The notes under the pieces are model-generated. The model did not search any database, had not been told where the DNA came from, and saw only the letters and a program-made list of their open reading frames with translations. Shown in pieces: positions 12,816 through 24,789 of a stretch of 64,000 nt of DNA. Position numbers and translations under genes: made by a program. Positions within the stretch are counted from its first letter, which is position 1. The number at the start of each line of letters is the position of its first letter. The stretch lies in contig NC_052168.1 in assembly GCF_902713615.1 (NCBI RefSeq), forward strand, positions 186,001-250,000, read 5' to 3'. The DNA is from Scyliorhinus canicula (taxonomy: Eukaryota).

Positions 12816-12863
12816 AGTTACACTGTAACCCGGGACAATGTCGTAACCTGGTACAGTGTATCC

Positions 12864-15830
12864 CGGGCTGGGGCGGGTCCGGGTTGGGCTGGGGTGGGGT
12901 CGGGTCGGGCTGGAGGCCGGGTGGGTTTGGGTTGGGCTGGGGTCCGGGTCAGAGGCCAGGTCTGGGTGGGTGGGGTCGGGGCTGGACTGGGGTCGGGGGT
13001 GGGCTGGAGGCCGGGTCGGGGCTGGGGTCCGGGTGGAGGCCGGGTTTGGGTCGGGGTCCGGGTGGGTTTGGGTCGGGGTCGGGGTCCGGGTAGGTTTGGG
13101 TCGGGGTCGGGGTCCGGGTGGGTTTGGGTCGGGGTCCGGGTCAAGGCCGGGTCCGGGTGGGTTGGGGTCGGGGTGGGTTGGGGTCGGGGTCCGGGTGGGG
13201 GCGAGGCCGGGTCCGGGTGGGTTAGGGTCGGGGGTCGGGGTCCGGGTCCGGGTGGATTGGGGTTGGGGGTCTGGGTCCGGGTGGATTGGGGTTGGGGGTC
13301 TGGGTCCGGGTGGAGGCCGGGTCGGGGTCTGGGTGGGTGGGTCCGGGTGGGTCTGGGTCGGGGTCCGGGTCGAGGCCGGGTGGGTTTGGGTCGGGGTCCG
13401 GGTGGGTTTGGGTCGGGTCCGGGTGGGTTTGGGCCGGGGTCCGTGTGGGTTTGGGTCGGGGTCCGTGTGGGTTTGGGTCGGGGTCCGGGTGGGTTTGGGT
13501 CGGGGTCCGGGTGGGTTTGGGTCGGGGTCCGGGTGGGTTTGGGTCGGGGTCCGGGTGGGTTTGGGTCGGGGTCCGGGTGGGTTTGGGTCGGGGTCCGTGT
13601 GGGTTTGGGTCGGGGTCCGGGTGGGTGTGGGTTTGGGTCGGGGTCCGGGTGGGTTTGGGTCGGGTCCGGGTGGGTTTGGGTGGAGACCGGGTCGGGGTCC
13701 GGGTGGGTTTGGGTGGAGACCGGGTCGGGGTCCGGGTGGATTAGGGTCGGGGTCCGGGTGGGTTTGGGTCCGGGTGGGTCTGGGTCGGGGTCCGGGTGGG
13801 TCTGGGTCGGGTCCGGGTGGGTTTGGGTGGAGGCCGGGTCGGGGTTTGGGTGGAGGCCGGGTCGGGGTCCGGGTGGGTTTGGGTGGAGGCCGGGTCGGGG
13901 TCCGGGTGGATTAGGGTTGGGGGTCGGGGTCCGGGTCTGGGTCCGGGTGGATTGGGGTTGGGGGTCTGGGTCCGGGTGGATTGGGGTTGGGGGTCGGGGT
14001 CCGGGTCTGGGTCCGGGTGGATTGGGGTTGGGGGTCTGGGTCCGGGTGGAGGCCGTGTCGGGGTCTGGGTGGGTGGGTCCGGGTGGGTTTGGGTCGGGTG
14101 GATTGGGGTTGGGGGTCTGGGTCCGGGTGGAGGCCGGGTCGGGGTCGGGGTGGGTTTGGGTCGGGGTCGGGGTCGGGGTGGGTTTGGGTCGGGGTCGGGG
14201 TCGGGGTCGATTAGGGTCGGGGTCCGGGTGGATTAGGGTCGGGGTCGGGGTGGATTAGGGTCGGGGTCGGGGTGGGTTTGGGTCGGGGTCCGGGTGGGGG
14301 GTGAGGGCGAGGCCGGGTCCGGGTGGGTTTGGGTCGGGGTCCGGGTGGATTAGGGTCGGGGTCGGGGTGGGTTTGGGTCGGGGTCCGGGTGGATTAGGGT
14401 CGGGGTCCGGGTGGATTAGGGTCGGGGTCCGGGTGGATTAGGGTCGGGGTCCGGGTGGATTAGGGTCGGGGTCCGGGTGGATTAGGGTCGGGGTCCGGGT
14501 GGATTAGGGTCGGGGTCCGGGTGGATTAGGGTCGGGGTCCGGGTGGATTAGGGTCGGGGTCCGGGTGGATTAGGGTCGGGGTCCGGGTGGATTAGGGTCG
14601 GGGTCCGGGTGGATTAGGGTCGGGGTCCGGGTGGATTAGGGTCGGGGTCCGGGTGGATTAGGGTCGGGGTCCGGGTGGATTAGGGTCGGGGTCCGGGTGG
14701 ATTAGGGTCGGGGTCCGGGTGGATTAGGGTCGGGGTCCGGGTGGATTAGGGTCGGGGTCGGGGTCCGGGTGGGGGGTGAGGGCGAGGCCGGGTCCGGGTG
14801 GGTTTGGGTCGGGGTCCGGGTCTGGGTGGGTCGAGGCCGGGTCGGGGTCCGGGTGGAGGCCGGGTTTGGGTGGGGGCTCGGGGTGGGGGGTGGAGGCCGG
14901 GTCCGGGTGGGTTTGGGTCGGGGTCCGGGTCTGGGTGGGTCGAGGCCGGGTCGGGGTCCGGGTGGAGGCCGGGTTTGGGTGGGGGCTCGGGGTGGGGGGT
15001 GGAGGCCGGGTCCCGGTGGGTGGGGGCGAGGCCGGGTCCCGGTGGGTGGGGGCGAGGCCGGGTCCCGGTGGGTGGGGGCGAGGCCGGGTCCCGGTGGGTG
15101 GGGGCGAGGCCGGGTCCCGGTGGGTGGGGGCGAGGCCGGGTCCCGGTGGGTGGGGGCGAGGCCGGGTCCCGGTGGGTGGGGGCGAGGCCGGGTCCCGGTG
15201 GGTGGGGGCGAGGCCGGGTCCGGGTTGGTTGGGGGTCGGGGGTCGGGGTGGAGGCCGGGTCGGGGTCCCGGTGGGTTTGGGTCGGGTTTGGGTCGGGGTG
15301 GGGGGTTGGGGGTCGGGGTCCGGGTGGAGGCCGGGTTTGGGTGGGGGCTCGGGGTGGGGGGTCGGGGCGAAGCCGGGTCGGGGTGGGTTGGGGTCGGGGT
15401 GGAGGCCGGGTCCGGGTTGGTTGGGGGTCGGGGGTCGGGGTGGAGGCCGGGTCGGGGTCCCGGTGGGTTTGGGTCGGGGTGGGGGGTTGGGGGTCGGGGT
15501 CCGGGTGGAGGCCGGGTTTGGGTGGGGGCTCGGGGTGGGGGGTCGGGGCGAAGCCGGGTCCGGGTGGGTTGGAGTCGGGGGTCGGGGTGGAGGCCGGGTC
15601 CGGGTTGGTTGGGGGTCGGGGTCCGGGTGGGGGCTCGGGGTGGGGGGTCGGGGCGAAGCCGGGTCCGGGTGGGTTGGAGTCGGGGGTCGGGGTGGAGGCC
15701 GGGTCCGGGTTGGTTGGGGGTCGGGGTCCGGGTGGGGGCTCGGGGTGGGGGGTTGGGGGTCGGGGGTCGGGGTGGAGGCCGGGTCCGGGTGGGTTGGGGT
15801 CGGGGTTTGGGGGTCGGGGTCCGGGTGGAT
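12864..15830. repeat. 3-kb G-rich compound minisatellite including a homogeneous 22-bp unit ggattagggtcggggtccgggt (~14381-14752)
   Basis: Almost pure G/T/C strand with G3-4 runs; explains all ORFs in 12786-15896. Confidence 0.95.
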
Positions 15831-15839
15831 TTTCCTCCC

Positions 15840-16152
15840 GGTGAAGCCGCCACAATCAGCCTGACAATGGGGGGCGGGGCTGATTATTATGAGTGACAGA
15901 ACCCGCCGCCAATCACCAGCGCGGCTCAGAATGTCTAACCAATCAGATCCCGGGGGACGGACTTACTTCAAGCGGCTCCGCCCTCTTGTGACCCTCGCGT
16001 CAAATCAGAGAAAACCTCATAAATGTGGGCGGGGCTCACCTCTTAAAGGCGGATTTTCAGTTGTGCAACGATATTAGCGGAGATGCGGCAATAATCTTGT
16101 CAGCTGCTGATGCGGGAATGAGTTTGCGGCTGGACTGTTCCCGAGGGTCAGT
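15840..16152. promoter_or_regulatory. CpG-rich housekeeping-type promoter, possibly bidirectional; candidate glycogen synthase promoter
   Basis: CCAATCA boxes (~15909, ~15939), GC boxes GGGCGGGGC (~15872, ~16027); candidate minus-strand donors at 15961-15966 (gtaagt) and 16034-16039 (gtgagc); plus-strand donor-like gtcagt at ~16147. Confidence 0.6.
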
Positions 16153-16285
16153 AACCTGAGGCCCGGCCCCACCGGTCCCATCAACCCCCCTAAACTAACC
16201 CCGCTGCCAGAAAACAAGCCAAACTTTCATTATTCACAGTGACCATCCCCAATTACCCCGCAGTCCCTGCGGTGTAGGAACAACC

Positions 16286-16850
16286 ACTGTGCTGTTAGGG
16301 AGGTAGGTACACCCGCTGTGTAGTTAGGGAGGTAGGTGCACCCACTGTGTAGTTAGGGAGGTAGGTGCACCCACTGTGTAGTTAGGGAGGTAGGTGCACC
16401 CACTGTGTAGTTAGGGAGGTAGGTGCACCCGCTGTGCAGTTAGGGAGGTAGGTACACCCGCTGTGCAGTTAGGGATGTAGGTACACCCACTGTGTAGTTA
16501 GGGAGGTAGGTGCACCCACTGTGTAGTTAGGGAGGTAGGTGCACCCGCTGTGCTGTTCGGGTAGATACACCTGCTGTGCTGTTAGGGAGGTAGGTGCACC
16601 CGCTGTGCTGTTAGGGAGGTAGGTGCACCCGCTGTGTAGTTAGGGAGGTAGGTGCACCCACTGTGTAGTTAGGGAGGTAGGTGCACCCGCTGTGCTGTTC
16701 GGGTAGATACACCTGCTGTGCTGTTAAGGAGGTAGGTACTCCCGCTGTGCTGTTAGGGATGTAGGTACACCCACTGTGCTGATTGGAAGGTCGGGAGGTA
16801 GATGCATCCACTGTGCTGATTGGAAGGGAGGTACCCCCACCGTACTGTTC
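16286..16850. repeat. 29-bp minisatellite gttagggaggtaggtgcacccactgtgta
   Basis: Directly visible tandem units, degenerating rightwards. Confidence 0.92.
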
Positions 16851-17123
16851 GGAATGGAATTTCAGGACTTTTCCACAGGAAACGAGTGGCCGGTGAGCCT
16901 CACGTCAGTAGTGGGTAAATTATTGGAGAGAATGCTCAGGGACAGGATTTATACACATTTGGAAACAAACGGACTCATTAGTCAGACAAAGTGGCGAGCA
17001 TTAGTGGGAAGCCAGACAATTGGGAATCCTTTAAAAACGAGCAGAGGACAACTAAAAAAGCAGTAAGAGGAGAAAAGATAAAATGAGTACAAGCTGGCTA
17101 GTAACAGAAATCAAGATAGGAAG

Positions 17124-17310
17124 AGCAATTTAGCATGGCCAATCCACCTAACCTGCACATCTTTGGACTGTGGGAGGAAACCGGAGCACCTGGAGGAAAC
17201 CCACATAGACACAGGGAGAACGTGCAGACTCCGCATCGATAGTGACCCAAGCCGGGAATCGAACCTGGGACCATGGCGCTGTGAAGCAACAGTGCTAACC
17301 ACTGTGCAAC
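17124..17310 (-). mobile_element. V-SINE copy
   Basis: Reverse complement of head and V-domain. Confidence 0.88.
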
Positions 17311-17659
17311 CTCATGGCTGTTCCAGTTCAGTTTCTGGCCAATGATAATCTGCAGAATGTTGATGGGGAGAAATGCAGTGATGGAAATGCCTTTGAATGT
17401 CAAGGGATGATGGTTGGATTCTCTCTTGTTGGACATAGTCATTACCTGGCATTTGTGAGGTGTACTGTAACTTGCCCCTTATCAGCCCAAACCCAGTGAT
17501 TGTCCCGTTCTCGCTGCACTGTCATGGACTGCTTCACCAGTCATCAGCAAGCAAGCCCACTTGCACCTTATAACGGAGGGAAGGTCATTGCTAAGCAGCT
17601 GAAGATGGTTAAACCGAGGACTAGCTGAGGAGTTCCAGCAGTGAAGTCCTGGGACATGG

Positions 17660-18695
17660 AAGGACAAATATGAATGCGGAATACAGGGTTAACAGTAGGG
17701 TTCTTGGCAATGTAGAGGAGCAGAGAGATCTTGGGGTCTATGTTCATAGATCTTTGAAAGTTGCCACTCAAGTGGATAGAGCTGGGAAGAAGGCCTATGG
17801 TGTGCGAGCGTTCATTAGCAGAGGGATTGAATTTAAGAGCCGTGAGGTGATGATGCAGCTGTACAAAACCTTGGTAAGGCCACATTTGGAGTAGTGTGCG
17901 CAGTTCTGGTCACCTCATTTTAGGAAGGATGTGGAAGCTTTGGCAAAGGAGATTTACCAGGATATTGCCTGGAATGGAGAGTAGGTCTTACGAGGAAAGG
18001 TTGAGGGTGCTAGGCCTTTTCTCATTAGAACAGAGAAGAATGAGGGGCGACTTGATAGAGGTTTATAAGATGATCAGGGGAATAGATAGAGTAGACAGTC
18101 AGAGACTTTTTCCCCGGGTGGAACAAACCATTACAAGGGGACATAAATTTAAGGTAAATGGTGGAAGATATAGGGGGGACGTCAGAGGTAGGTTCTTTAC
18201 CCAGAGAGTAGTGGGGGCATGGAATGCACTGCCTGTGGAAGTAGTTGAGTCGGAAACGTTAGGGACCTTCAAGCGGCTATTGGATAGGTACATGGATTAC
18301 GGTAGAATAATGGAGTGTAGATTAATTTGTTCTTAAGGGCAGCACGGTAGCATTGTGGATAGCACAATTGCTTCACAGCTCCAGGGTCACGGGTTCGATT
18401 CCGGCTTGGGTCACTGTCTGTGTGGAGTCTGCACATCCTCCCCGTGTGTGCGTGGGTTTCCTCCGGGTACTCCAGGGATGTGCAGGTTGGGTGGATTGCC
18501 CTTAGTGTCCAAAATTGCCCTGGTTGGGTGGGGTTACTGGGATAGGGTGGAGGTGTTGACCTCGGGTGGAGTGCTCTTTCCGGGAGCCGGTGCGGACTCG
18601 ATGGGCCGAGTGGCCTCCTTCTGCACTGTAAACTAAGGTTTGGCACAACACCGTGGGCCGAAGGGCCTGTTCTGTGCTGTATTTTCTATGTTCTA
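17660..18695 (+). mobile_element. CR1 3' fragment with a V-SINE (~18337-18635) inserted in its 3' UTR
   Basis: EQRDLGV, LVRPHLE, RRMRGDLIEVYK, FFTQRVVGAWNALP motifs; tail ttctatgttcta. Confidence 0.9.
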
Positions 18696-19764
18696 AATTA
18701 GGTGCATGGACAAGCCACTCAGCCCCTCAAGTCAGTCCCACTGTTCAATAAGATCATGGCTGGTCTGATTGGAACTTCAACCACAAATTCCTGCTCACAG
18801 TTTGCCCCCTTGCCAGCTCAAAATTAAAAATATTCAAAGACTCTGCTTCCCCTGCATTGTGAGGAAGTGACTTTTCCCCCATTCCCATTGGTTTTGCTCC
18901 TTGCTGCTTCCTCTGGCCAAACCAATTTCAAACGCAGTGACGCACCCAATTCAGTTCAACCTTACTTGGAAAAATACCGAAATGAGGCCGGGGGCGGTGT
19001 GGTTGTGACAGAACCCAAACGGACTGTTGGTGGCGAGCAGGTATTTCTGCTCGGTAGCAGTGTCTATGACCCCTTCCAGTATGTTGGTCTAGAGGAGACT
19101 GATGGAGCAGGAATTGGCCAAAGTAATGCTTGGCTAAGGAAGCAACTACTTGCAGAGCACAAGTCTTCAGTGCTATTGATGGAATGTTGTCCAAACCTCT
19201 CGGCTTTGGAGTATCCAAGTGCCTTCAGTGATTCTGAATGTTGTGCGGAGTGAAGCAGATGCTGGGCACCTCCAGAGGAGGGACGGGTGGATTATTCACT
19301 CAGACCTTCTGGCTGAAGAATGTGGCAAATGCTTCAGTAGGTTAACACCGTACCCAGCCTGCCTTCTGCTTCTCTCCGCCTCCACCCCCCAGTAGTAGAT
19401 GTACCAGGTCATGGGGGTTATAAATTGTGGTTGTCCAGATATGATCAACTTGGTTTGGCTTTGAGCCTGCTACATCGGAGCATATTTGGGGAACCACCCA
19501 CAGTGACTGTAGCAGAGTATTTGTCCCCAGCTATACCACAGGAACAATTTCCTACACTATCGTGGCGAGTGCAAGAAGTGTAAATAGGAAAGTAGAATTT
19601 AATTTCCTTACAAGATCAGCAATTGTTGCACCTCAATGCCAGGACGGTCATGTGTTAACAATGAGAATTCATATCAACCCAGAAGTCACAAAAACTCTTC
19701 ACTTTCACAGAAACATATCAACTCACAAATTGTTTTATATCACCATTCATTGAATCCCAACATT

Positions 19765-19985
19765 TGGGCCATTCTGCACTGACCCTCTGAAAGAGCTCCC
19801 TACTTTGACCACTCCCCTAGCCCCATAATGTTACCCAACCTACACACCTTTGGACTGTGGGAGGAATCTGGAGCACCTGGTAGACACCCATTTCAACAGC
19901 TGGAGAACATGCAAATTCCACATTCACCCAAGGGCAGAATTGAATCTGGCTCCCTGGCACAGTGAGGCAGCAATGCTAACAGCTT
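19765..19985 (-). mobile_element. Old V-SINE copy
   Basis: ctttggactgtgggaggaa..ggagcacc core. Confidence 0.7.
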
Positions 19986-20149
19986 TGTGATCAGTTGGAG
20001 CTAGTGAGAACCATCTGAGCAAGATATGGAGAAGGGTTTGAAGATATGAACTTCTGGTCCTTGTTATAAGATGTAGGAGAATTAAAGTAAATAATTTATG
20101 TAAGTTAGCAACAGCTGCCTAGTATAACCAAATGTTAGACAAATACTGT

Positions 20150-20420
20150 GGGCAGCACTGTTACTTCACAGCTCCAGGGACCCACATTCAATTCCCGGGT
20201 TGGCTCACTGTGAAATCTGCATGTTCTCCCCATGTCTGCGTGGGTTTCCTCCGGGTGCTCCGGTTTCCTCCCACAAGTCCCGAAAGATGTGCTGTTAGGT
20301 GAATTGGCCATTCTGAATTCTCCCTCTGTGTACCCGAACAGGAATGTGGCGACTAGGGGCTTTTCACAGTAACTTCATTGCACTGTTAATGTAAGCCTAC
20401 TTGTGACACTAATAAAGATC
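20150..20420 (+). mobile_element. V-SINE variant with alternative 3' tail
   Basis: V-domain followed by cccgaacaggaatgtggcgactaggggcttttcacagtaacttc..gcctacttgtgac tail. Confidence 0.85.
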
Positions 20421-20812
20421 TATAAATTGAGCATCTCATTAATAATAATATTAATAAAAAAGTGTGGAATGAGTAATGGTCAGTACTTGACTCAGTTTGT
20501 GACAATACTCAGTATCTAGGTTCACCACCCCCACAATGAAACAACTAAAATCTGGAGCAACCATGGCTGGACTATGAAACTCCATTTCATTAGAAAGTAC
20601 ATTTTTCACAGTCTGGAGAGAAATGGCGATTTGGGATGATTCCAACCTTGAATTACAGCCCGAATTGTGCATCCATTAACTTAGTAACAGGCAGAGGGGC
20701 AAAATAAATGAAGCTAAAAGCAAAAAACACATGAGCTTCCAGTCAAGCCGTGTGGCATCGAGTCAGGTTAATAGGCACAATATCAACAACTGATCTAGTC
20801 CAATAAAAGTAT

Positions 20813-20955
20813 TTATTTCCATCTGACAGTCATAGTGATAGCAAAGCCAAACAGGAGAGAAAGTGTCACTACCAGGAGCACAGTGATCACAACCATATTG
20901 CCAGATCGCATTCCAGCATCCCAAACATGGATAGAAAGATAGCTTGGAGGGTCAT
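20813..20955 (-). CDS. Uroplakin-2/3-family gene, exon 5 (TM helix and stop)
   Basis: Acceptor ttctctttctgcag; DPPSYLSIHVWDAGMRSGNMVVITVLLVVTLSLLFGFAITMTVRWK*, matching the uroplakin juxtamembrane motif R(S/T)GxM(I/V)VIT. Confidence 0.9.
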
Positions 20956-21168
20956 CTGCAGAAAGAGAACACAAAGGTTTAGTTGGTGCTCAGGATGCAT
21001 AGAACAAAAGAGACCAGAATTTGGGCAAAGGTTTCCTTCAGCCACTTTCACAATACAAAAATCAAATTTTGGCAGGTCAAAGTGAAAACCTTTTCCCATC
21101 TTTAGTGACAGAATATTCTTTGGGATCAACTTTATTCGGGAACACAAAATTTGGAGCTGCCAACTTGC

Positions 21169-21245
21169 CTCTAGTTGTTATGGATTCAGACCATCGAGTC
21201 ATCACCAGGGGGTTTGCAGAAGAGTCTAAAACAACGTAACGCACC
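21169..21245 (-). CDS. Uroplakin-2/3-family gene, exon 4 (77 bp, GC donor)
   Basis: Acceptor gtcttttcag; RVRYVVLDSSANPLVMTRWSESITTR (UPK3-type YRVK..TxWSxPI); donor AG|gcaagt gives the required phase 1. Confidence 0.87.
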
Positions 21246-22101
21246 CTGAAAAGACAGTGGAATTTAGTGAAGACAAAGCTTTACTGCACTCATTGAAATA
21301 AATCAAATGAAATCCAAGAATAACCAAAATCATGAACTCCTTTAAATTTTGTAGTAAAAGACCACATCATCACTAGTGAGTTGGAAAGTTTCTTACTGGC
21401 CGTTTAAAGAATTGTTCAATAAGAGAGGAGGGGTTTGGCTTGTGGAGAGAGAGATTCAGTTTAGGCCAATAGTTCAGAGGAGGAGATCTAATTGAGGGAT
21501 CCAAGCTGAGGAAAGATATTGACAAGTAGACAGAGCAGACACTGCCTCTGGTGGGGAAATCTAGATGAGATCATCGGATAAGTGGGAAAACAAGAGATAA
21601 GAAATTCCTTTTCCCCAAACAGTCAGGAATCTGTGGAATTCACCACCCAAGTGCAGTAGGTGCATTTGAGGAGACCGATTTTTAATTAGTGAATTGAAGG
21701 GCTTATCAGGTGTGATCATATTGTATGGCACAGCAGAGTTGGTGACTCCTTCTTAAAAGGGCCATTTGATCCTAATTCTACTCTGGGGAGACAGGGTGGG
21801 GCCCACCAGCCCCATTTCTCACTGATGGTGGCTTTCTCCAGCACAAACAGACCATTCAACCCATCGATCCAGGCTGTTCTTTATCCTCCAGTCTCAATTC
21901 TCACCACGGTTAAAATTAGAGGTATTTGCCATTTAATTTCTTGGTGACCGTCTTGCATTGATGATCTTTAGTTATGGTCTTCCTCACAAAAAGGAAGATC
22001 TGTATCCACCATCAAAACCTTCCAACTTGGCAGCAAACTTTGCATCTGTCAGATGTGTGAAGAGGGTTCACAGCAGGTTTTTCAGCTTTGGAGATACCTA
22101 C

Positions 22102-22255
22102 CTGAAGCTCTGCCCTGGCAACACATGTTCAATGCAGCTTCCATTCTTGCACGCAATGCTAGGTCCCATCCGATAGGCCAATTCTGTTGGCTCGGGAGAG
22201 AAGTCGGTGCAAGGGGGTACAGAGTACTTCTGGGTCAAAACAAAAGTGCCATTAT
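22102..22255 (-). CDS. Uroplakin-2/3-family gene, exon 3 (154 bp)
   Basis: Acceptor tttctttcgcag, donor gtaggt; DNGTFVLTQKYSVPPCTDFSPEPTELAYRMGPSIACKNGSCIEHVLPGQSFR. Confidence 0.87.
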
Positions 22256-22743
22256 CTGCGAAAGAAAGTGGAATCGGTTAATTTTGTTAATATGGCACCT
22301 CAGGTAAGGTGAAGTGATTGAACCTCATCTTAATGTTTAGTTTTGACCGCAATGTTAAGAGGGAAAAGTGAGCCACGGGTTAATAACACATCAATCCAGG
22401 ACCAAGTTAAATAATATCAGCTGTACAAAGGACCAGATCTCACATTAATAGGGCATCTGTTCCAAGCTCACCTTAGCATAAAAGCAAGTAGTTTTTGGTG
22501 CCAATTTACTCAATCCTTTACAAGCACCAGGAATACACATTCTTCAAAGAATCCAACAGTAAAGAAACTCCCACCTTCTCTACTCTGGATCTTATTATAT
22601 TGCTTACAAGAACACATCAGTTTTGTTATTTAATCCGATAGTTTGGGATTGAGAGAATGAATTGAGCACAAGAATATCTGGGTATAGGTGACGTCATTCA
22701 GATTTGAGGTATTAAATGTTTCAGAAGCTTAAAGCAACCTCAC

Positions 22744-22905
22744 CTCCTCTTAAAATCTCCACAGTAATGGATGCAGAGGCTGGGGGAGTGGCTATTTGGT
22801 CAGCTCTCCGTACAGCCCACATTTCAAACAGACAGTGGGCAGGTTGCAGCCAAACCAGTGTAGCAAGTCGTGACAAATCACCATTGCAAAGCACAATATT
22901 GTAAT
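22744..22905 (-). CDS. Uroplakin-2/3-family gene, exon 2 (162 bp)
   Basis: Acceptor ttttatttcag, donor gtgagg; DYNIVLCNGDLSRLATLVWLQPAHCLFEMWAVRRADQIATPPASASITVEILRG. Confidence 0.85.
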
Positions 22906-24557
22906 CTGAAATAAAATGGTAGAATATCCAAGTGAAAGCAGAGATACTACTCAGGGTCTAACAAGACGGATATATTTAGGCAAGGTGCAAACGCTGCTAA
23001 ACAAGTACATGGACCACTAAATGGGAGACACCCAAATACTTAACATTTACAGGATTAACCAAGACACTAAACTTCTGCCAATGTAGAAAGTGCAGTGTTA
23101 CAATCCTTGCAGAGATTAACATTTAAGAGAAATTATGAAGCTACAAGGTTCCAATACATTAATTTTACAATTCTAATATCAAGTAAAATGAACACCACCA
23201 AGTAATTACTTCTATTCTACATCAATGAAACAATTTATATTTTGCAAACTTCTCAACTGAACCTTGTAGAAACACACTATTCCCCACTCAATAAATTATT
23301 TTCTGTTCCTCGCTGGATTCAGGGCCCAACACCTACACCCACCAATTTAGCTTTTGTTCGAAAACTTCAAGCTTCCCCTTACTAAAACTGCTCAACCAGA
23401 GAACATTAAAAAAAGCCACAAAAGAACAGTTCCTGAAAATTACCACCGTGATAATGTGGCCAACCCATCATATTCCAAACAGACATTTAAATTATCTTTA
23501 ACCTTCAAACACCCCCTTTGATTGTGACCCATGTAAATAATTGCTCCATTGGCATTAACAGCCTGTTTTCCAAGATTATTAGTCCCACTAAGCAACTCCC
23601 TTGTTTACAACACAACTTAACAATTTTTCATCCGAGAATAGTTTAACTCTGGGACAAGTGACGATCTCCTGGATCAACAAAAAGTTCAGAGATGATCTAG
23701 TTATTGTTGAAGTTCATTCCTTTCCAATTCTGGCCAATAACAAATGCAGGGCACCCTTTGAACTGCCACTACTTGAAATTCAGCAGTTCCTGAAGTCCAG
23801 CATTTTAATTACCTAACCCATTCACATTTAATTTTGCCAAAACTAAATAGAACCTTGAACAGAATATAAATCATGAAATATTTGACAGCAATAAATTTGC
23901 ACTTTTGACAGATCCACAAATAGAAGAGATGATCATTTATTCCATTTTGATGTTGGCCGAGGGACAACAATTAACTAGGATGTTAATCACATACCCCCAT
24001 TCTTCAAATAGTGAGATGGGTTCCTTTACAAATCACTTCAAGGACTAGGAACAGCCTCATTTAACATCTAATCCAATCAGTGCAGAGGAGCCAGCCTAGA
24101 TTATGCACTGCAGTCTCTCAAACAGGGGTCGAGTTCATGATCATGAACTCATGAGGTCTTTGTCCTCAGATATTAAATATGTTTCGTCAGTCAAGGGCCA
24201 AAAATAAATAAATAGGATTCTCAGGTGGGAGTTATTTTCTGAGGTGTCTTTCTGATTTTTAGGGTTTTCCCTCCAGAATTTCAATTTAGGTCAGATGATA
24301 TCACTAGGTGATTCATAACTAAGAATAATTCAGTGGAAAGTTCTTGCTAAGAACTCCCAGGCCAAGGTTACAGAGGGGTGAATGATCATAGTCAGGACCT
24401 ATAAATCCTTCCCACACTCAGCCCTTCTCATACAAAATACTTCATGACTAAAGAAGCAAAATATGATAATTGAAATGTAAATTTTAGATCAAACATCTGT
24501 CAGCAGCTTCACAAGTTCAGTCTATGGCTTTGTACCCCGTTGTCAAATGCTTCTTAC

Positions 24558-24633
24558 CTACAAGAAGTTGTGAATGACAAGAATAGAAAAGCATTATCAA
24601 TCCAGTCAGCCTCCTGGAAGATTCCATCATCAT
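24558..24633 (-). CDS. Uroplakin-2/3-family gene, exon 1 (signal peptide)
   Basis: MMMESSRRLTGLIMLFYSCHSQLLV, phase-1 donor G|gtaaga; all five exons join to 612 nt = 203 aa + stop. Confidence 0.78.
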
Positions 24634-24789
24634 TACTGACTCAAAAACAAATACCATTGACACTCCTCAATTTATCCAGATCCAGTTTGTGATTAAACAG
24701 ATTCAGCTGGCGAATAACAGCAAGCCCACATGAGGAGTAATCAATTGTTTCAGTGGGGAAACTGCAGAGTTTGATCCTCCAGACACCCG

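Larger units (their letters stand above)
3545..12860. repeat. ~23-bp satellite (ggacaatgttacactgtaacccg) interrupted by nested insertions; segments 3545-3806, 8228-8732, 10830-12490, 12816-12860
   Basis: Directly visible tandem units with quasi-palindromic core GTTAC-ACT-GTAAC. Confidence 0.92.

Noticed and set aside
14381-14752. True interstitial telomere
   Set aside because: TTAGGG occurs once per 22-bp unit and never in tandem
12786-15896. Gly/Pro-rich collagen- or extensin-like ORFs
   Set aside because: Translation of an A-poor G-rich minisatellite in all frames
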